A DNA stretch of 64,000 bases, taken from contig JBFIJM010000001.1 in NCBI GenBank assembly GCA_041600715.1, forward strand, positions 533,425 to 597,424, read 5' to 3'. Made by a program: the position numbers and the translations under genes. This DNA comes from Candidatus Saccharimonadales bacterium (GTDB lineage Bacteria; Patescibacteriota; Saccharimonadia; Saccharimonadales; 2-12-FULL-41-12). Below are positions 58,324 to 64,000 of this stretch, in pieces; the stretch's first letter is position 1; each line of letters starts with the position of its first letter. The notes under the pieces are model-generated. The model was given only the letters and a program-made list of their open reading frames with translations, had not been told where the DNA came from and searched no databases.

Positions 58324-59364
58324 TTAGTTCTTCCTTGAGTTAATACGTTTACTAACTTCGCCTACTTTTTGCGCTAAATCTTTGCGTGCGACGAGGATCC
58401 CGTCTTTAGTGTTGATTACTACGACGTTATCAAGACCAATCACAGCGACCGGCTTATCAGTATCATGGTTCTGTATAAATGAGTTCTCTACACCTTCTAT
58501 TTCTACATCGCCGTGCCAATGATTGCCCGTCTGATCAGACCCAGCAGCCTTATGGAGATCGCCAAACGATCCTAAGTCCATCCAGTCAAAACTTGCCGGG
58601 ACGACTAAAAGGTCATCTACATGCTCGATTAGAGCATAGTCAATTGTATTGTTCTCAAATCCAAGATAAGTTTCTTCATATTTATCACCAGATACTATTA
58701 AGTCATCAAGATTCTTTAGTAGATCAGGCGCACTCGCCTGCATTGCGCTTCTGAACGTTTCTACAGACCCTACAAAGTAACCACTGTTCCATAAGTACTT
58801 ACCTGTCGCGATGTATTCTCTAGCCGTTTCATAATCAGGCTTCTCCTTAAATGAGTGTACATCAAAAACAAATGACTCTTCATCGAACACACCGTCCTTT
58901 TGTATATATCCAAAGCCTGTAGCTGGATGGTCAGGCTCAATACCCACCAACACAATACGGCCTTCGCTTCGGGAAATTTCTCCTGCAATCTTAAAGCTAT
59001 GAGCAAAACCCTCAATATCTCGCACATAATGGTCGGCTGATAAGAATGCGATAGGCTCGTCGGTATCATGCCTTTTTTGAATTACCTCAAGCGCAGCAAT
59101 AATACAGCTCGCGGTACCTCTACGTGCTGGCTCGATAATAAATCCATCATCACCCAAATCAGGTATTTGCTCTTTTACATGATGTGCGTGACTCGCCTCA
59201 GTAAGTACATAAACATTGTTCGATATCGCTTTTGCACGATCATAAGTTTTTTGAACCAGAGACTTATCGTCGCCATTAATTTTTAGTAAATGTTTTGGAT
59301 ATTTAGGAGTAGACAATGGCCACAAACGCGTACCAGACCCTCCCGCGATAATTACTACAATCAT
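58324..59364 (-). CDS. manC: Mannose-1-phosphate guanylyltransferase (nucleotidyltransferase domain only)
   Basis: MIVVIIAGGSGTRLWPLS NTP-transferase signature; it lacks the fused cupin domain. Confidence 0.75.
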   Translation of the reverse strand: MIVVIIAGGSGTRLWPLSTPKYPKHLLKINGDDKSLVQKTYDRAKAISNNVYVLTEASHAHHVKEQIPDLGDDGFIIEPARRGTASCIIAALEVIQKRHDTDEPIAFLSADHYVRDIEGFAHSFKIAGEISRSEGRIVLVGIEPDHPATGFGYIQKDGVFDEESFVFDVHSFKEKPDYETAREYIATGKYLWNSGYFVGSVETFRSAMQASAPDLLKNLDDLIVSGDKYEETYLGFENNTIDYALIEHVDDLLVVPASFDWMDLGSFGDLHKAAGSDQTGNHWHGDVEIEGVENSFIQNHDTDKPVAVIGLDNVVVINTKDGILVARKDLAQKVGEVSKRINSRKN

Positions 59365-59441
59365 ACATACATGATAACAGCACGTAGGCTTTCAGTCGCT
59401 GTCTCTGTAAATATTACGCCAGTTAAGGTAAAATAACAGTA

Positions 59442-60383
59442 GTGAAGCTAATCGTACAAATACCATGCCTCAACGAAGCCGAGACTTTACCTCTTGTTTT
59501 GGAATCTATACCAAAGAAAATCAGTGGCATTGATGAGATTATCGTGCTAGTTATCGATGACGGCTCGACAGACGATACTTTCAAGATTGCCAAGCAACAC
59601 GGCGTCAAACATTTCGTACGCCATAAAAAAAACATGGGGCTTGCTCGCTCCTTTCAAGACGGAGTTAATTATGCCCTTAGTATCGGTGCAGACATTGTGG
59701 TCAATACCGACGGTGACAACCAGTACCCTCAAAACCGTATAGGAGATCTTGTTCGTCCTATCCTGGAGGGTAAAGCCGAGATCGTCATTGCCGATCGTCA
59801 GACGCATACTATCTCGCATTTTTCTCCTCTCAAGAAGCTCTTTCAGCGAGCTGGTAGCTATGTAGTCAACAAGGCTTCAGGCACTAATCTCCCTGATGCA
59901 GCAAGTGGTTTCCGAGCATACTCACGCGAATCATTATATCAACTCACCATCATCACTCAGTTTAGCTACTGCATGGAGACTATTATCCAGGCGGGCAATA
60001 AGCACATACCCATAGAGAGCATCCCTGTAGAGACCAATGCAAAAACGCGCGAATCCCGACTGTTCAAAAACATGTGGCAGCATATTTATAAATCAGGTAT
60101 AGCCATCTTCCGTAGCTTTATTATGTTCAAGCCGTACGCCGTATTTGCTAGTCTAGGCCTTCTCCTTCTTGCGCTCGGTTTGATACCATTTGCTCGCTAT
60201 GCGTACTTGCTTGCAAGCGGTAATAAGGGCGACCATATCCAGTCTTTGCTCCTCGGTTCTATCCTGATTCTTGCCTCTCTACTTTGTTTCGCTCTCGGAG
60301 TAATAGCGGACCTCATACGTACCAACCGAACCCTTCATGACGAAACCCTCGAGCGAATCAAACGCCAACAGTACCCTAAGTAG
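59442..60383 (+). CDS. GT2 polyprenol-phosphate glycosyltransferase (Dpm1/GtrB-like) with C-terminal TM helices
   Basis: VIDDGSTDDT and DGDNQ (DXD) motifs, followed by two C-terminal TM helices as in GtrB/DPM1. Confidence 0.75.
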   Translation: MKLIVQIPCLNEAETLPLVLESIPKKISGIDEIIVLVIDDGSTDDTFKIAKQHGVKHFVRHKKNMGLARSFQDGVNYALSIGADIVVNTDGDNQYPQNRIGDLVRPILEGKAEIVIADRQTHTISHFSPLKKLFQRAGSYVVNKASGTNLPDAASGFRAYSRESLYQLTIITQFSYCMETIIQAGNKHIPIESIPVETNAKTRESRLFKNMWQHIYKSGIAIFRSFIMFKPYAVFASLGLLLLALGLIPFARYAYLLASGNKGDHIQSLLLGSILILASLLCFALGVIADLIRTNRTLHDETLERIKRQQYPK

Positions 60384-61248
60384 TTTTACGTTTTCTTGAG
60401 CTAATACTATTGATTATGGCGATACTTATAAAACCAACAACCATGTCTACAATAAAGACCAATATTCTCCAGTAGATAATGGCCGCAGCACTTACAGCAA
60501 AGAACCCATATACTGCCTCGCGAACACCGATACCCCCTGGGGCGAATACAGCGAGCATACTAAGCGAAAAGGCAATCGTATTGGCTGCAAGTAGTGTCAA
60601 GACATCGACATTTATACCGAGAACATAGTTTAGCGACAGAAACGACAAACCGCACACAAACCATCCCAGCGTGGCGATCATAAACATCTGTAATAGTTTT
60701 TTAGACTCGATTGATATCGAATTAGACTTTAGTCTAAGGTTTACTTTAGGATACTTCTTATAAAGAACGGTTATCGCAAGTACTAAGGCCGTAGCAACTG
60801 CTGCCATAATCCCAAAGTGCATTGAGCCTAAGTAAAAAAGTCCAAACAAAGCAAAATTTGAGGCAAACAGGCTCATGTTCTCTAAGAGCTGAGCTAATGA
60901 ACTTTCCTTAAGCCCTAGACCTAATTTCTTGGCATAGACAGTCCTTGAAGAAAATATGAACAAACTAGTTGGCAGGTACTTATAGGGTTGCGAGGCAAAA
61001 AAAACCAGAAGCTGTTTGTCGCTACTTTTTTTGTTAAATATTCGAGTACTTACAAGCCAGTTCAGCGAGACAATTCCATAAAATATAATGAACAGCAAAG
61101 CCGACAATATCACCCATCCCCAATTCAAAGATAATGAGTCAATATCTATTTGTGAAACAAGGTTACTTATATATAAATAAGCAAAAGCAAGCAATACAAC
61201 CGTCAGTATCGGACTAACAACTCGGTATAGTTTATAAGCTATAGACAT
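60376..61248 (-). CDS. Flippase-like membrane protein (LPG_synthase_TM / UPF0104 family)
   Basis: Polytopic protein with the PGGIGVREAV motif characteristic of this family. Confidence 0.55.
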   Translation of the reverse strand: MSIAYKLYRVVSPILTVVLLAFAYLYISNLVSQIDIDSLSLNWGWVILSALLFIIFYGIVSLNWLVSTRIFNKKSSDKQLLVFFASQPYKYLPTSLFIFSSRTVYAKKLGLGLKESSLAQLLENMSLFASNFALFGLFYLGSMHFGIMAAVATALVLAITVLYKKYPKVNLRLKSNSISIESKKLLQMFMIATLGWFVCGLSFLSLNYVLGINVDVLTLLAANTIAFSLSMLAVFAPGGIGVREAVYGFFAVSAAAIIYWRILVFIVDMVVGFISIAIINSISSRKRKTT

Positions 61249-61826
61249 TACTTCTTTTCAAATACAGCAACTTGATTCATGCCAAAAAGAAATCTTTTGT
61301 ATGCCACAAGCTTGAAACCAGCTTGGTTTGCAAGATTCTCGAGGCCCTTTCGGTCTAAGAATGTTTCATGTTCATCACGCGCATGATTACTGAATACACC
61401 TATAGACGCGCCAAGATCATGCGCTTTACGGCCCAGGGGGTGGGGCGTAGTCAACATAAAGCGACCACCTTTTCCCAAGACCTTACTAGCGTCATCGAAA
61501 AGTGTTACAGGCTTCTTAAGGTGCTCAATAAGTGCTAAAGCAGTTACAACATTAAACTTCTTTTTCTCAATTGCTTTTGGAAGATTACCACCTACCTGAA
61601 CTTTGAATAAGTGGTCTGGACTACCATTCCATTGTTTTTCAGAATCCAAGCCATAGTATTGGGTTTTAGATTTTAGGTGCTTCTTGAGCTCACCGGAACC
61701 ACAGCCGAGATCAAGCACAATATCATTCTTAGATATAAACTTACTAATATTGCTATAACGCTTTTGGGCTAAGAAGGGAGATAATAGCCCTTGCTTTTCT
61801 TGTGAATGTGAGTGATTGTCAGACAA
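61248..61826 (-). CDS. Class I SAM-dependent methyltransferase
   Basis: Motif I VLDLGCGSGEL. Confidence 0.7.
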   Translation of the reverse strand: MSDNHSHSQEKQGLLSPFLAQKRYSNISKFISKNDIVLDLGCGSGELKKHLKSKTQYYGLDSEKQWNGSPDHLFKVQVGGNLPKAIEKKKFNVVTALALIEHLKKPVTLFDDASKVLGKGGRFMLTTPHPLGRKAHDLGASIGVFSNHARDEHETFLDRKGLENLANQAGFKLVAYKRFLFGMNQVAVFEKK

Positions 61827-61863
61827 TTAGTTACCCTTTCTTTCGTATCAATTATAACGATAT

Positions 61864-62517
61864 CTAGTCTTTTTTAGCCAACACAATTGTCCATGGCAAA
61901 GGATTTTTCCTCGAAACAACAGTACCAAACTTAGTGTTAATAAAGTCTGTTAAAGCTCCAGCAGACCAGTGATTAAGATGTCCTGTCGTATTGCCAAAGT
62001 CTTTGAGGTACTTACCGCGAGCCATGTTCAGCACTCTCCATAATGGCTCTCGCGGAACTCCAAGTATCAAATATCCTCCTGGTTTGATTACTCTTCTGAG
62101 CTCTTTGAGAGCAAGGTCAGGGTAGTCTAGATGCTCCAATACTTCCAAAAAGAAAACCACATCGAATGTGTTATCCTTGTGTTTTAGCTCATAGACGCTT
62201 TCTTCTATCACCTTGATTCCTGGGTTAAGCTTACGAGCTTTTGGCACAAGTCTCTTAACATACTCTGAGGCTTCGATAGTAGCCCCCTTAGGTAAAAAAT
62301 CTTTAAGTCTCTGCGTAGAAAATCCTTCTCCGCAACCTATTTCAATAGTCTTAAGCTTCGATTTATCAGAAAGTTGTTGTGCTTCATTAAGAAGCATCAT
62401 CACATTATCAAAGTAACCATCAAGAAGTTTTGAGCCAATTTTACCTTGGCCCTCCTCTGTGTATTTATGCGCGAAATCTTCAACTTCGGGTGTCGCTTTT
62501 AGTTTGAGTTTTGGCAT
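61864..62517 (-). CDS. Class I SAM-dependent methyltransferase
   Basis: Motif I IEIGCGEGFST and the post-I acidic residue. Confidence 0.7.
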   Translation of the reverse strand: MPKLKLKATPEVEDFAHKYTEEGQGKIGSKLLDGYFDNVMMLLNEAQQLSDKSKLKTIEIGCGEGFSTQRLKDFLPKGATIEASEYVKRLVPKARKLNPGIKVIEESVYELKHKDNTFDVVFFLEVLEHLDYPDLALKELRRVIKPGGYLILGVPREPLWRVLNMARGKYLKDFGNTTGHLNHWSAGALTDFINTKFGTVVSRKNPLPWTIVLAKKD

Positions 62518-62562
62518 TGAGTTATTTTACCTTAATTACTACTAAAAATCATTAAATGACCC

Positions 62563-63978
62563 TTATTTAGTAATTAAATAAAGACCGGAATTTTGGTCGT
62601 GGGCAACATATTTTGCTCCGGCAAGCTCACTTTCAGAATAAATTTTGTGTGTAATAAATGGACCTTCGCATTCTTGGGCCCATTCTCTCAACGACATACG
62701 TTGCATCGAATGATTATAGTTTTCATACGCTATCAAACGTAAGGCCACGTTTGATTTGCCATTACCAATCGACTGTCCTTTGTTATACTCAAAACCTATA
62801 CAGGTATTCGATCTAAATAAATTTTTACTGAACACAATTTCGTCCACACTCACAGCTCTTTCTAGCACATGATGAAAATTATTTTGGAAATTTACTGTCA
62901 AAAAAATAGTTGGTATTAGTAGTACTAGAGCCAACTTCCCGATACATCTTACTAACACCACTATTATAGAAAATACTGTCGTTCCAAAAATAAACCATAC
63001 TAAATAATTAATTTCATCATTCAGTACAGACGGCCAAAAGGAAGGTATAACAGGGAAATTTAGAAAATCATCACTTACTAATTTCATAGTTATAAAGTTA
63101 AGCATTACACCGACGGCAACTAGTGCAGGCAAAATCATGCCGACATCTTTTACTCGCCAAGAAGATAAGAGGCCAAAAACTAGAAGTGGCCAAATATACA
63201 GTTCCGTATATCTGCCATATATCCAGTGATGATATTGTAACTCTCCGTTTAACCCCCAGTACATCAAGAAAGTAAGCGAACCCATAATCGATGCACACAC
63301 AACAGCCGTCCATAGTAAAAAGACAATAATAAGCATTTGATCTTCAATTAACATCTTTGCCTTTACGAGAATGGACCCCTTGATTTTATATAGCTTGCGC
63401 ACAAGCTCCAATACTGGGAAGAGCGCGATGCCAAATGTCGCTATGATAATTTGAGATACCTGCCCCAGGACCATCGAGAAGAACGCAAGCCAGAATTTCT
63501 CTGACCGTGCGTATTCAAAAGCACTTATATTCCCGCCTGCAACGTCATCGTAATGATTCCATACTTCATAACCATCAGGTGTCATAATATTATTAAGAAG
63601 CGGGTGCAGTGCAAATTTGTAGACAATAATCATTACGGCTAATGTACCGAACAAAACAATAAGAGGACGATATGTATGGCGTAAATATGATCTGTATAAT
63701 AAAACGAGAAAAATACCGGGATATAAGGCAATGGCTAGAGGATGAACCCAATATAGAAATCCTAGCGAGCCACCTAGAAGAAAAGAAACACGGCTGTTAT
63801 GGGGGCGTTTGATGACAAATAGATTTAATACAACAATTAAGATCAGTACGAATAAACTGCTACTAAAAGCGTAGCTACTTGTAATTATCCAACTAGGGTA
63901 TATCGCGGAAGCAGCGCAGGCCAAAACTACTTTGTAGGGCGCAGTACTCGGAAATAGATTCTTGATCAGCCTAAACAA
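62563..63978 (-). CDS. Large polytopic membrane protein, candidate GT-C type glycosyltransferase; the 5-prime end may lie beyond the window
   Basis: More than ten TM helices, with a C-terminal soluble domain of about 90 aa. The in-frame sequence stays open to the window edge, and the listed start is a TTG. Confidence 0.45.
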   Translation of the reverse strand: MFRLIKNLFPSTAPYKVVLACAASAIYPSWIITSSYAFSSSLFVLILIVVLNLFVIKRPHNSRVSFLLGGSLGFLYWVHPLAIALYPGIFLVLLYRSYLRHTYRPLIVLFGTLAVMIIVYKFALHPLLNNIMTPDGYEVWNHYDDVAGGNISAFEYARSEKFWLAFFSMVLGQVSQIIIATFGIALFPVLELVRKLYKIKGSILVKAKMLIEDQMLIIVFLLWTAVVCASIMGSLTFLMYWGLNGELQYHHWIYGRYTELYIWPLLVFGLLSSWRVKDVGMILPALVAVGVMLNFITMKLVSDDFLNFPVIPSFWPSVLNDEINYLVWFIFGTTVFSIIVVLVRCIGKLALVLLIPTIFLTVNFQNNFHHVLERAVSVDEIVFSKNLFRSNTCIGFEYNKGQSIGNGKSNVALRLIAYENYNHSMQRMSLREWAQECEGPFITHKIYSESELAGAKYVAHDQNSGLYLITK

Positions 63979-64000
63979 TAGGAATAATGAAGCTCCCCAC

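Noticed and set aside
1-64000. Mobile elements (transposase, integrase, phage structural genes), rRNA operons and CRISPR arrays
   Set aside because: No ORF shows DDE/HUH transposase, tyrosine or serine recombinase, or phage hallmark motifs. No 16S/23S-like conserved stretches or regularly spaced repeats were seen.

Overview
This 64 kb window is gene-dense, low-GC (roughly 42-45%) bacterial chromosome. I found no rRNA, no CRISPR array and no recognisable transposase or integrase. The short genes, many small membrane or secreted proteins, an archaeal-type AspRS, a eukaryotic-type PMM-like HAD enzyme and a Dpm1-like GT2 fit a small-genome bacterium, possibly Patescibacteria/Saccharibacteria-like, but I hold that with low confidence.

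Housekeeping genes I recognise:
- the N-terminus of ftsH, which runs off the left edge
- tilS, a Ham1/RdgB ITPase and a histidine phosphatase
- dus, an archaeal-type aspS, uppP and a MurC/Mpl-like ligase
- several NUDIX/MazG genes and a DsbA-like gene
- transporters: two ABC/ABC-2 pairs, NhaA, a Kef-type CPA2 antiporter with an RCK domain, MscS, MFS, TauE and three CNNM/CorC-type genes
- regulators: MarR, Crp/Fnr, HxlR and a LexA-DBD-like protein

All three CAU-anticodon tRNAs lie in the window: elongator Met, initiator-like fMet and an Ile2-like tRNA that is the TilS substrate.

Five regions stand out:
- A long minus-strand run at 15.0-22.8 kb carries a DNA-uptake module: a Lamin-tail-domain surface protein, ComEC, a secreted DUF1524/HNH nuclease and a FtsB-like protein.
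- At 29.2-32.2 kb sits a partial C50-type carotenoid module (crtI, a UbiA elongase-like gene and two lycopene-cyclase-domain minigenes) with no crtB or crtE in the window.
- At 52.7-64 kb lies a large surface-glycosylation locus. It includes GtrA, WbaP-like, GT4, a split ManC, a PMM-like gene, a Dpm1-like GT2, a flippase-like gene, two methyltransferases and a GT-C-like membrane protein.
- Between tRNA-Met and tRNA-fMet there is a small islet: MarR with a perfect operator palindrome, plus two orphan genes behind an extended -10 promoter.
- Several orphan genes lack any domain I recognise: a 249 aa gene that appears to have truncated a NUDIX gene, a 375 aa Cys-rich-tail protein, and an acidic 435 aa plus 92 aa pair.

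All calls rest on reading the six-frame ORF track and the raw sequence by eye. No database search was run.
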